A program made the translations under genes and the position numbers. Under the pieces are notes generated by a model. It was not told the origin of the DNA, made no database searches, and worked only from the letters and a program-made list of their open reading frames with translations. Below are positions 1 to 12,172 of a stretch of 47,557 bases of DNA, one piece after another (position 1 is the stretch's first letter; every line of letters begins with the position of its first letter). Origin of the DNA: Nemertoderma westbladi (lineage: Eukaryota; Animalia; Xenacoelomorpha); NCBI GenBank assembly GCA_032718475.1, contig JAUCBJ010007416.1, positions 1-47,557 of the forward strand, in the 5' to 3' direction.

Positions 1-5
1 GCAAA

Positions 6-228
6 CCGGCCTTTTTATACTAGAAATTGCACATGGAAACTAAACAAAATTTTCCACAGCTTCACAATTGAGCAATGAAGTACGTCGTGCCCTATGATTG
101 GCCCAGCTCATCGTTCAACGCAGTCCGGCCCTTACACTAATCAGGGACATGGAATCCTAACAGAATTTTCCACTGCCTCACATTTGAGCAATAAGGTAAT
201 TTATGCCCTATGATTGGCCTGGCTCATT
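6..228. repeat. Imperfect tandem duplication, period about 120 bp, downstream of ORF2-B
   Basis: The block ccggcc...acatggaa...aattttccac...ttgagcaat...tgccctatgattggcc...gctcat starts at 6 and again at 125. Confidence 0.75.
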
Positions 229-303
229 ATCCGCTACGTTGTACGCTTCTCATTGGCCTACCAATTAGCACCTAAACGAAAATAAATGGCCCCAAAATAC
301 AAA

Positions 304-381
304 TTTCCCGACTGGGATTCGAACTCGTAACCTACGTAATGTAACCAACGCCTTAACCATCTGACCACTACGCCACGAGAG
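304..381 (-). other. Degenerate tRNA-derived sequence (Pol III A/B boxes; SINE-head or pseudo-tRNA-like)
   Basis: Minus strand reads GGCGTAGTGGTCAGATGGTTAAGGCG...GGTTACGAGTTCGAATCCCAGTCGGG, giving A-box TGGTCAGATGG and B-box GAGTTCGAATCC at tRNA spacing. Acceptor, anticodon and T stems pair poorly. Confidence 0.6.
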
Positions 382-478
382 TACCTAAGGGTTTTATGTG
401 TACAAATATAAATCGGCATATTACATTACTGTAATTTAATCAAAATACGTCGGATTTTCAAAAGTTTTTACGTTAAAG

Positions 479-3400
479 TTAAACTACAAATGCTACCTTA
501 TAGTGAAATAATTCATCACTTTGTATAACAGATGAATGTAAGTTCTGTATACAAACGTCCTTGAAAAGGGCGAATCCCGCACTGTCTAACTTCTCCGCAG
601 CTGAGTCTCTTAGGCTGAGTTTGGTCAGGGCGCGGTCCTTGAACTGACTATCAACGTTACGGAACGGAGTCAGAAAGCGCCTGAAACATTCGAAGCGGAT
701 GAATTTATCGTGTTCATCTAGCTTGTCGAGTTTGGTTCCAAGTATTAAGGGATGGGCGCGTATGGTACGACTGCACACATCGGCTAGCCAACCGGCAAGT
801 GCGGCGTTTTCAAAGATCGTGTATATACCTAAGGAGGGACGAAGTGGAACACTCATAAAGCTATACACGGCGCCAGGTGCGGTCAATGGTCCGTCAAAGT
901 ATAATCGAGAATAATGATCTCCATATACTTGTTGGTAGTTGATAGAATTTCCAACCTTGAAATTCCATCCGTATTCTTGAAAGGCAAGATGTCCGATGGA
1001 GGTTCGTTGTACTTTAGTAATGCCGCTGGGTGTATTTGCATACATAGTGCGGAAGAAACCTCGGCCTTCTGCCCAGGGAGCAATCAGCTGAGTATCGACG
1101 AAAGGGTATGGAATGTTCTCCATGTTCCGAAAGTCGTTTTGGAGATCTCCATAAACAGCTGAGCCGATTTTAAGGATTCTTTCGGTAAACAACATCTCGA
1201 GCACGGGCTGGGGTAACATCGATCCATCGATACCCATGGCTGGTTTGCGCTCGGTGTCGGTGACATAACGCTGAGCGAGTTCGAATTGTCCATGTCGGAG
1301 TTTCTTTTGTATCTCGGTAAGGGTCTCAAAAGAATAATCAATCACATCGGAACACGCTCGAGTAAATACGTCGGTAGAACCAGCTAGTCCTCGTATATGT
1401 ATCATTCGCGTAGTTCCCAGTTCTCCAACCGGAACGCTACCTTCGTTATCGTAAGTGACAACTCCATACATCTCGATAACGTTAAGAGTCTCATTCCACT
1501 CTTTAGTGGCGTTTTCTAGAGTCATTCCCACTGGATGCCACAAGGTAGCGCATTCGCTAGCATTAGGTAGATCTCTATACTTTAAATATTGTGTAGTATA
1601 TGTCTCTACATCTCCATATCATTGTATTCTTTCCTCCTCGAATAACACGTCGAGATTCCAGTGTACTAATCGAGTTTTGACGAATCCATCAAGATTATAC
1701 GGAGGTATTGTCTCTTTCTCTATCCTGGAAACATTATAGGGTTTTCGAAATGAGTTTACTTTAACTAACTGATCCAGATGTTTCTGCAGTTGTTCGAGTT
1801 CGACAAGATCGAGAGGATTTATTAGTGGTAGAAACCTCAGACTATGTGTAGGATCTTCCGGTTTTACCATGTAATATTGCGTTAGATTGACGTAATAAGG
1901 GTGATCTTTGATCCCATAAAACGAGTTCGGTAAAGGTCTAGCGCGTATGTTAACATCGTGTACCATACGACGGACAAGATCCGCTCTTTTGTCAACGAGT
2001 ATACCATCGACACGAGCGGCCTCGATTGGCGGACGTTGCAACATGGGAGCGTCAGCGATAAGATCTCGAGATCTTAGGTTGATATCAACCGGTTGAGGCT
2101 GTGCCGTGGCGAAGAGTTTGTCTCCGAAATGGGGAACCATCGAAGGATGGATGATGGTTTTAGAATAGAGATCCGTCATAAGAATTTGAGCTTCTGGCTG
2201 GGCTAAAGCTGCTTCTTCTCTCTCATCCATTGCTATATGTTTCTCCTTGAGCTGATTTTCCTCCGCTTGTTGTTGTAAACGCTCGTCTAGGAACTCTTGT
2301 AAAGAGTAGGTTCGTCCACGTTCGATGTCTTCCTCGAGATTCTGGATTTCTCTATCGAACTGGGGTAAAGCTAATTCTTTCACCGCTTGGACTTGTTGCT
2401 GCAATTTGCGTTTCTCTAAACAATCGTAATTTCCTTTTCTGATTTTCTGCCGAATAGCGTCTAACGCGTTTTGTACAAAGCTCTCTTCGACTTCGGTAAC
2501 GGGTTGTATCGGGGTTAAGCCTGGACGGTTGTACAGGTTAAACGGCGATATTAGATAACCGCATCCTAATCCGGCTAGGTAGGGTTGGCGAATATCTAGT
2601 GAGCCCACTACCGGAGTGCCACCGATTAATTGTTCGGGTAACACAAGATCTTTAAATAGCGAGTACAGTTCAGGGGGATCCGTTATACTATTAGGATCAA
2701 GCGTTTGAGGTCTCACTGAGGAATGAGGAGGTCTGACCGAGTATTCCGGAACTCTGATCATTGGTTTATTTAAGGATCGTTTGAGTCGAGCGAGCGTAGG
2801 TGATACGTCGAACAGGTTTCGCTCGAAACTCCCATAAGTATATCGTGTAAAACTGTGTTTAGCGCAACGTCTCCGCGGATGTTTATGTCTTTCCGTTTGC
2901 TGATTGGGTCTAGGGCATTCGTCGCAGTAATACCAAAGACGCACGTCCTGCAGGGGAAACGCGGGTGATCGTTCTCCAGTTTTACAATATTCCTCCATCT
3001 GTTCGAAGCTATCTGGGACGACAGGTAGCGGTCGATCGGCGGTAAGATACATCATAGTGAAATAGAGTCGTTTGAGTTCTATCATAGGGTCATGATGTAT
3101 ACCTAGAGGATATCGAGTTTCTAGATTTTGTTGACTGGCAATATTGAGATATGTTTGTCTTAGGAATTCCAGATAATCGTTGAAGTCGCTGCGTTGATCC
3201 GGCTCTTCAACGTCTTCCCTTTCGAGTCTGTTTCGAATAGAATTCTCGTGTTCTATTCTCGGTTTATCGTTCCGACTCCGCTGGGTATGATATTTAAATA
3301 AAACCATTTCCCTTTCGGTGTCTACATCGTCCGTATCGTGTAAATCGATAGGATGGCCAGTAGTTAAGAAGTCCATATACGTACCACTACGATACGTATA

Positions 3401-3592
3401 GCGAGCGGTGAATTTTCTATAGTCCAATTCACGCGTAAGTTGCTCCTGGGACATTGGCGGTTCGATATAACGACCATCGTTCTCCGTAGTAGTTGGACCA
3501 GCATCGCCGCGTATCAAGCTATCAACAAACGCTTGTAAAGGTAGAGTATATCGCTCCCTGATACCAAGATCATCTTCTATCAACTCAGTCAT
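479..3592 (-). pseudogene. Accessory ORF2 of copy B, about 1037 codons with one in-frame TGA; C-terminal DEDDy 3'-5' exonuclease-like domain
   Basis: ORFs 1619..3592 and 479..1543 are in the same frame, and 1544-1618 is open (YGDVETYTTQYLKYRDLPNASECAT). Motifs: VVTYDNEG (ExoI), LPQPVLEMLFTERILKIGSAVYGDL (ExoII), FVDTQLIA, SIGHLAFQEYG, PLRPSLGIYTIFE (ExoIII-like). Also a CDEC..H..C cluster and a Q/E-rich coiled coil. Confidence 0.75.
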
Positions 3593-3672
3593 ATCTGCTA
3601 TATGAGTTTATCAATATTATAATGAGTTTATATTTAGGCTAGCAGGCGTCGCTGCCTACCCCTCTCTGCCCC

Positions 3673-3780
3673 CGGACAGTGCAAGATCCTCAGCGCCGAT
3701 GTACCGTTGTCGCTGTGTTTTCGCCAACGTAGTAGCTACACAACGACAATGATAACCGGCACAAGTCACTCCACTATCCG
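3673..3780 (-). other. Conserved RNA stem-loop upstream of ORF2-B
   Basis: Minus-strand pairings CGGATAGTG/CACTGTCCG, GTGCCGGT/ATCGGCGC and TTGTCGTTGTGT/ACACAGCGACAA. Homologous to 13702-13806. Confidence 0.6.
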
Positions 3781-3993
3781 TCCCAAAGGCTTAGATTTAC
3801 TTCAGGTTCTTGCTGCAGAGTTAGGGCTACTTTCACAATTGCGACTCGCTACTGTAAACACACTTTAGTAGTAACATTCACCTATAAACGCACAAATTCC
3901 ACACAACTGTCACAAATTGTACACATTCGGGCCATTTGTCCGTTAGTCAAGTGCCTTCCAGAATGCCACGTTATTATTATGTATCCTTGGATA

Positions 3994-6900
3994 CTAGCAG
4001 TGTGCGTGTGTCCGAGCAATCAATATAACTGGGCTAATAAATCCCAATGGATCGAAATTAGTGCTCAGGATACTTAAACAAATCCGTTTAGTCCGAACTG
4101 GATTATCTTGCTGTTTTAGCTGGAAAAACAGGATATCTCTCTCTGTGTCCCATTTCAAACCAAGTGTCTTGGTTTCTGGAAGATCGTCTTTGATTAGGTC
4201 TAGATCTTTTGCTCCTCGATCTTCTACCGGGATCGATTCCAGAAACTCACGGGAGTTGCTGGTGAATTTAGTTAATCGAAATCCACCTCTTTTTAAGCAC
4301 TCTACCGTTCCTTTGGCGACATCAATGGCTTCTTCAACTGATGGAAGGGACTTTAAATTGTCGTCCATGTATATATCCCGTTTGATGTTGTCGATCACCT
4401 CTTTAGAGAAGGCGTCCCGGTTGTCATCAGCAGTGGTGCGCACCACTGAACAGGCGTTTGAAGGGCTTGAGATGATCCCAAAAGCCTGGATGGGCATCCA
4501 ATACTCCACCGGTTTCTGGTTGAGGTCTCCTTCCGGCCACCACAGAAATCGTAGGCTGTCTCGATCCCTATCCAGCGCCTTGACTTGTAAGAACATGCCT
4601 TCTATATCGGAGGCGAAAGCGATTGAATATTGTCTTAATCTTAAGAGTATTCCCAACAAGGATTGGAGTAAGTTGGGTCCTGGTAACAACTCGGAATTAA
4701 GGGATTGGCCCATGTAGAGGGCGGAGCCATCAAATACTACCCGTACTTCATGGGGTTTACAGGGTTTGGGAACGTAATGATGTGTTAAATAGTACGTTCT
4801 CTCAGTTATGGGTGTTTCTTCCGGTACTCGCTCCGCATATCCCTTGTTAATAAACCTCTTCAACTGAGTCTGATACATTCCCTTAGCTGAAGCATTTGCC
4901 GCAAGGCGTCGATGTAGTTGAGCAATTCTTTTCTCCGCCAAGGGTCGGTTGTTTTTGAATTTTGGTTCTCACTTTCGGAATGGTAGACCGATTTCATATC
5001 TACCTTGATCTTTAAGAAAATGTGTAGTTGTCTCCTGGATATGCTTGGCTCTTTCTTCTTCTACCGATAGGGCCTTATCGTAGGAATTGGGCTCTACAGC
5101 CTCTTGAGTAAAGAATCGTACGGCGTGTTCATCCCGAGTCTTCGCGTTATAGCGCTCTATTACGTCATTCAGTTCGTCGTTATAGTCGACTTGTCCTGAT
5201 GGACGAATGAGTTGACATAGGTTCACTTGGTTTTGCCAAGTCTCGTTTTCCGTAAGGATATCGATGGTATTCTCCTCGTCGAAGAGTTGGTGGATGTCGT
5301 CATTATCTGAGGAGTATGGTGTTCCCTCAGTTGGGTCGTCTACCTCACTGCTCTCCGCTTCCCATTCACTTACTTGGTATACCCGTTCTTTTGGTAACCT
5401 TTCCATGAGAGTTCTACGGGAAGGGCCAGTAAAGTACCAACCTACTCTAGTTCTTCCCGCATAGGCTTGTAGTGGTTGCGGTTGAGCAGGCCGTTTCTCC
5501 AATGTCTCAAGCGCCTCATGTGCATTTTGGCCGATGAGTATTTGCACTCCAGGGTAATCTGTGTTGAATCTAGGTATATTAAGCTGCTGGGTGAAATCGT
5601 CCTCATCCGAGTTATAAGGTTCTACTTGGCTGGTAGCGAAGTTCTTTATCGCCACCATTTTTACTGACCTTATGCTGTGTTCTCCTAGTTCATCCTGGGA
5701 GGTGGACAATGCACCTACATAATAATCTGCTATTACTGTAGATTTCCAAACCTGCATAATTCCTGACATGTTTAACTTAGTTCGGAACTTGGGTTGTCCA
5801 GCAAAGATGTCTTCGGCTAGTTCTTTGTCGATGAATGTTCCTGTGCTACCGGAGTCAAGGAGGGCGTTCACTATATAACTCCTTTTAGGTCCGTGGACCC
5901 TCAACTGCACTACGGGAAATTCTCGGATTCCTACATTGGAAGTTGGTGCTTTCCAAGATGGTTGTTGGTCAGAATTAGTTAGGGGGAGCTCGCTGTTGGT
6001 GTCCCTTTCATACGTAAGTGCTCGATACACTGCTGTATTTATCAGCTAACAGGATTCGTTTTCGTCGGAGAATTTGTCCGTATAGAATCCTTCCATCTCA
6101 GAACTTTGGTCAGTGTCGTTCACATCACTGAATTGGACATGTAGTTCGGACTCACTTACCTGACTCGGGCTGTTTCATTCGAATTCAGTGTGCAACAAGA
6201 TATGATGTTTTGCGCCGCACTTCGCACACCTTGCGTCGGAGTAACAGGTTCGCCGTTGGTGTCCTTGTCTGAGGCAATTATAACACAACCGCTTATCCCA
6301 CATGACTTCCCGTCTATCCTTTAATGATTTCTTTGGGAATTCATCACACACATTCAAACGGTGGGGCCCGTCACACAGCGCACATTTCGGTTTGATGTTA
6401 CTTACCTTATTTTGAGTAACGTTGTGCACACTCGTTCTTTCTTCGGGCTTTCTTACCTGAATTCTCTTAGGAGACGTAGGAGGAGTTTTTCTTACCTGTT
6501 CTCTCCTGTCATTGGTTCGAGACTTGAATTTACTTATGTCTTTAGGCGTTTTGTTGACATAATAAGATCTTTCAGTGTCTTTCCCGCTGTCCTCTTCTTG
6601 AGAAGCCTGGCTTTCGCCGTCGTCGGTATAACACGCTGGTGTTACCTTTCTCCTAGAAACGGGTTTCTCACTTACCTTGTTTTCCGGTGTCTTCTCTCTG
6701 GACTGCTTTAGGAGCTGTAATTTCACTTCTCCATCTAAGAATGACATGAGATCAGCCATGGTAGGGTCTCGTCGTTGTTGTTCCATCATATATAACACTT
6801 TCTTATCCCAGCGTGTACCTACTCCACCCTTCGGTAAAGTAGAGGCCACGGCTCCAATAACCATAGAACTCTGATATTCATGAGACTTACCTAGCCAATC

Positions 6901-9636
6901 TAATTGTCTACAGATCTCCTGAATCTCATCGGAAAACTCTATAATCCCGCTGCTAATGAACTTTCGGGGGGCTACCAATTTTGCATACAAATACCTAGCT
7001 ATGTTATTCCTATTACCATACCTGATGTTTAGTGTATCCCAAACTTGTCTTAATCCATCTGGATGTCCAATAAACTTTAACGCCATTAACTTGGGAGATC
7101 CTTCCAAGCACTCGATGAGGAATCTAAGTTTCTCTCCGTTAGATAGCACAGAGTTCTGTATGTTATCTTTGTAATATTCATTAAAAGGTAACCATTTCAT
7201 CTCATCTCCATTGAACTTAACGATCTCTCCCACTTTTACCGCTTGACGGGCTTCGGTTCTAGCCATTTGACGCGTAAAACTTTCTTCGGCCATCGTATTA
7301 TTTAATATCGAGTTATCGGTATATAAATTTCTCGGATTATTATCAGGTCTATATGGAATATCATTGTCAACAGGTTTATAATTACCCTTAATAGGGTTTA
7401 CTATAGGAGTTTCTACTTCACTAGCAGTATAGATGCGTGTAGGCTCCACACCTTGCGCATGAAATACTTCAGACCTAACAGGTTGACACATTGTTACCGG
7501 GGTTGATGGTATACCCCTTTGGGTATTTACTAATTTGTCGTGTTCTAATGCGATTCTCTGCTGCACCTCTTGCAACTCTAACCTACTTTCCCTTACTGTG
7601 CCCTTGAACTGCTGAACAGTTCCTTCCATCTCCCGGACCTGCTGAGAGGAGCACTTGCGGTGTTCCCTCAACTGCCCGAGCAGGAGACCCATCTCCCGTC
7701 GTCCCTATGCTACCCACTCGACCGCCGAAGCGGGAGTCGCCAACGTAGTAGCGGGCGAGCGAGAGACCACGGGCGATAAATTCTTGATATCTCGCTCGGC
7801 GTCCAGGACGGGTTCGGACTCGTGAACAGTCCTACTGGGCACAGGTAGTTTAGTACTGTGCAAAGGGAATTTAGAGGTAGGTTATGGGAGTACAGGTGTC
7901 TCTATCACCGAAGGGGTGGCTTCGAGAACAGGCCTAATTATTTCAGGCTCATCTACTATAGTAGGGAGTCTTTCTATTTTAATTATTTGGTCTGTGGGTT
8001 CTGTACTACCTAAGTCTGTGTTAGTTAGTTGCCTTCTAACAGCTGGGGCAAATCAGGCAATTTCTGACGGTGGGACATTCTTCTACGTCTGCTTAGACGA
8101 GATCTATTTCCTCCGCCTTCAGGATCGGTGGTATCGCCTTCATCAGATGATGTATATCCCTGTCTTTTGGGAGTAGATCGACTCATCATCTGCATTTGAC
8201 TAGCTGTTAATTTTAATTTTAATTTTTAATTTTTTTTATTTATGCAGTCTTGATTCTCTTGAATATTTTCCAACTCTAGTTGGGTGGTCTCTTCAGATGC
8301 TCTTCGTTCTGCTTCTGCCACTGCTCGCTTTCTTTCCGCTTCTGCCGCTGCCGCTTTTCTTTCCGCTTCTATTACTGCAGCTGCGGCTTTTGCCTCTGCC
8401 GCTGCCGCCTTTGCCTCTGCCGCTGCCTCTGCCGCTTTTCTTTCCACTTCTGCCTCTGCCATTGCCGCTGCTGCTGTCTTTCTGTCTTCTATACGTTTTT
8501 TCTTGACTTGTTCTTCTTGGACCCTAGCGATGCGGAGTCTTTCATCAAATTTAGCTTGGTTCGCAGCTAACATTTCCGCATCTATTGTGTCCAACACAAG
8601 CTTAGCTCCTTCACTATTAGGGCAAAGTCCAGACAACCGTCTCCTCAACTCTTCATCACCTAGAAATCGTTGATAGTCTGACAGATAGATGTCAATAGCA
8701 TCCCTCTTATGCGGTTTCTCTGCTGTCACTTCACTTTCCACTTGGGAAAAGGTTGCGTCTGTTGATTCTCCATGGGTTGAGCGCTCAGCCAGCTGAGATT
8801 TCCACTGGGCAGTTCCTTGAACTTTGAGACTCACCCTCTTTACGGCAACTTGCAACGACGTGTCTTGTCTTCTTTCCGAAGCCTCCTCAAAGGCCGATAA
8901 GATTAGTCTGAATTCTTTCTCTAACTTGATAAAGCAGCTCTCCCTGCTCTTGAGGTCCTTGGGGTTGTCGAAACAGTTGTTCCTCTAATCGCTCCATAGA
9001 GCTGAAGAATCCCTGTACGTATCCTGCTGCTGACCTCTTCCACACAGCTGGATCGCTGGTTTCTTTTGTCACTCCCATCCTGTGTATGTCTTCCCAGGTA
9101 GCTTCCGATAAGTCAAACGGGAGTCCGGGTCCGGGGAAGTTCCATTGCGACTCGACAATAGACTTCAATTCTTCCCTTGTGTATCCCGCATAACTATCCT
9201 TGGTCGATCGCTTACTTCTCGCCCAATCAATCTGGTGTTCCTCCACCGCAATCAATACCCTAGTGAGTACGGCTGCAGGAAGGATGAGAAGGGGATCCGA
9301 ATAAACCGCATCTGCCATCTTTGCTCTGCGCTCGGGTGTCAGCTCTACAGTATCCGCACTACTGGAGCTGTCGGGCCGCTGAGAAATAAGTTCTCGGCTC
9401 GAGTGTTGCTGCTGTTCAACAGCTGCCTCTTGGTCCCGCTTGACCCGAGTTCGAGTGCCTATGATAGACCTACGGTGTTGGACTAGCCTAGGGTCTGATA
9501 CTACTACTGGAGGGATGATCTTTCTTACAGTAGGAGGTGAGTTGAACTTCGGTCTCACACGTTCCACACTCCTGTCTGGGTCACAGATGGTTGTATCTAG
9601 GAGACTGTCTGACAGGTTTTGCTTTGTGTCAGACAT
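3994..9636 (-). pseudogene. Disrupted gag-pol of copy B (Gag, zinc knuckles, protease, RT; truncated before RNase H)
   Basis: Fragments 8887..9636, 8226..8855, 6175..7692, 4969..6030 and 3994..4941 align in order to the 2688-aa protein. LLDSGS and YMDD are retained. Homology stops at ILIAR (about 4011). Confidence 0.93.
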
Positions 9637-9769
9637 GTTTGTTTGTACAGTTGAATGCCTACTGCTATATTACAGTTAAAGCAAGTCTAGTAATTCAGTA
9701 TCAACTGTTAGCCTAGTAATTAATTACCGATACTGTTACTCAGTGTAACGTGATATATATATATAATAT

Positions 9770-10150
9770 ATTAGAATACCGGTATACACTTATAGTATAT
9801 ATATAAGTATTATTACAGACTAGGTTTGTCACAGAATACCGGTATGTAATTTCAGCACAAGTATATATAAATATATAATAGGCCTATCTTGAGTACCGGT
9901 ATACAGCTTACACTTATAGTATATATAAGTATAATTACAGACTAGAATTAATTACAGAATACCGGTATATAATTTCAGCGCAAATATATAAATATATAAT
10001 AAGCCTATCATGAATACCGGTATACAGCTTACACTTATAGTATATATATAAGTATAATTACAGACTAGAATTAATTACAGAATACCGGTATATAATTTCA
10101 GCTCAAATTTATGGAAATAAATATAATAAGCCTATTGTAAATACCGGTAT
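9770..10150. repeat. Leader tandem array centred on TACCGGTA (7 copies, about 60-bp spacing), copy B
   Basis: TACCGGTA at about 9777, 9837, 9894, 9960, 10015, 10083 and 10142, within alternating AT-rich units. Confidence 0.8.
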
Positions 10151-11301
10151 GTCAATTATTTTAAAATAATTGAATTTCTAAATCTTAGGGGTTACTTGGT
10201 TACTTTACTTTACCTTATTACCGTTATTTAAGCAGTAGTCCAACTGATATTAAGACCTAATTGTTGTATGACAGGCCTACTATTTTATAAATCAGTTTGA
10301 GTTGATTTATAATATGTATATACCCGTTTAATGGGTTTTTGTCAATATTTGAAATAAATGTTATTATTTCTGGGAAGGAGTCACTGCACAGAAGCTGTAC
10401 GCTCTCAGTGAAGTGCTACTTGTTGGACACTAAAACAAATAATTCTAATTTGCCTAAGTTACTTAATACTACAAATTACATACGATTCGGGGTGAGATTA
10501 CAATCTCTAAATAAACACAAAAATTAAACGTACGAATTTTTAGGGTAATTTTACAAGAAGTCTACAAACCAGCCTAACAAAGGGTTAGAATATCTGGTTA
10601 TTACAAACAGACAGGATACTATGGTATTTGAAAATAATAAGCAGTAGTAAATATATTGCGTTGTCCAGATAGAAAAATACCACTGTCTGACGACTTATAG
10701 CCGTATCGCTATAAGTACTACGTTATGTTTCACGGAGTGTTCCTACCTAGAAGTTAATTACCGCGGCCTACCAGAGCCAATGTGCCTATTAACCACTTTA
10801 CAACACAAATATACTGCCTACACACTAATTACCTTCGGAAAGCACTGTACACTAAACCCTAAATTAGGTACAAGCACTTATACAACAAATAATCAGCAGT
10901 TAAAAATACTTGTACAGCTAAAAGAACCACGGTATCTGCCGGAGTGACCAAAGCATATAATCTCCAGTCTTTACCTATGCCAAACAGCCCTGATGTAGTA
11001 CCGAGGTTAATTAATCTATACCGGTATGTATAACAAGCACAATTACTGTAGGAATAAACTTGGGGGTATGAATGTTGCGAATAATCGCATAAACTCTGAA
11101 TAATAAATATTATGCTACCCTTACAGACTACACAAACAAAATACAGACCAAACGCTGGCAGACTACTATCAAGCCTAAATAAACTACAGTATATGTAGAC
11201 TCCGAAATGGTTAGTTAGTATGCGTTCTAACCGAGTAGTACGACTTATTCTTTCGGGGGGATTTACCTTACAGCTCTGGAAGCCTACCACGTTCCTAACT
11301 A

Positions 11302-12095
11302 GTCAATGAATTTTATCATATATAAAGCGAACAGCAATTGACTCATGTAGGGCTTACCAAATAGCATTAAATTCAATACAAACCACAACAATATAAGTCG
11401 CAATCGCTATATATAACCCGTCTCTCTAACCTGTAGTGTATCAAGAAAATTGGGAAATTTGGGTTCTTTATATATGTTCTCCAAATAATATTCAACCAAA
11501 ACACAACAGTAAATAGCAGTATAATAATGTATGTTGAACCGATAATGCAAAACTGAACGGAGTTGCACCGATTGATATGGACCGATAACAGTTATACGCT
11601 CTATAATTTAAGCCTACTAATGTTTCTTCTAAAGTATGAAAACGAATTGACTCTAGAGCCGTTGTTCCTGGCCTAGATAGCAACAACACAAAGTATATAG
11701 AAAAAACAGTAAGACTGAACACTCCTAGTATGATCGACCAAATATCTACACGTCGACAGAAAAAATCGCTCTGATTGGCTCAAGCCAAACAAAGAACAAT
11801 GCGTCCAATGGCTGTTTCCATGCCAGCAACCAGCTGCTAGATGTCGCAATCTGAATCATCACGGCTAAGCTGTGAAAGGTATTTGGTGCATTGCAGGTTT
11901 TTTGCCTTACCATGTCCGCCAAAACACGTATATAGCAGAATGACTTTTATGTCCGTTAAAACACCTATAACGGTACCTTGCGGGCGAGGGGAATATATAT
12001 ACAGTTAGAGAACCTTTTAGAGTATTCCAGCGCCTGGTGGGGAAACTGGATTGCGAAGCAAAGGGGCCAGTTATATCCCACAGAAGCTTTTACAC
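11302..12095. repeat. 794-bp near-identical direct repeat of 26016-26809 (LTR plus adjacent leader)
   Basis: Constant offset of 14714 bp; only 3 substitutions noticed by eye. Confidence 0.95.
11913..12094 (-). repeat. Putative LTR (3' LTR of A, doubling as 5' LTR of B), about 182 bp
   Basis: Minus strand TGTAAAAG...GGACA. Preceded by short purine tract GGGAGCGG (12095-12102) and followed by TGG. Contains TATATATA and CATAAA. The outer boundary is firm; the inner boundary is inferred. Confidence 0.6.
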
Positions 12096-12172
12096 CGCTC
12101 CCAGAAAATGGGATTTGAGTCTATAAAATATACAAAATCACAGTTTCTAATATACGTAAGTACTCTAAACAG

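Larger units (their letters stand above)
1..12094 (-). mobile_element. Bel/Pao LTR retrotransposon copy B (decayed, internally deleted; 3' end runs off the window)
   Basis: Collinear with copy A across leader, gag, PR, RT and the ORF2 upstream region. Multiple stops and frameshifts. No 3' LTR copy within 1-478, so the left boundary is open. Confidence 0.85.

Noticed and set aside
304-381. Functional tRNA gene
   Set aside because: Acceptor, anticodon and T stems do not pair properly, so no anticodon can be assigned.
479-3592. ORF2 as an envelope gene
   Set aside because: The position fits env, but I see no signal peptide, transmembrane segment or glycoprotein-like Cys pattern in either ORF2.
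4061-4717. Antisense ORFs over RT (also 17898-18542) and over the Ala-rich Gag repeat
   Set aside because: These are expected shadow frames of a coding strand; they are interrupted differently in the two copies and carry no motifs.
11492-11722. 76-aa hydrophobic ORF duplicated at 26206-26436
   Set aside because: It has a non-ATG start, and the identity simply reflects the recent 794-bp duplication; there is no independent coding evidence.
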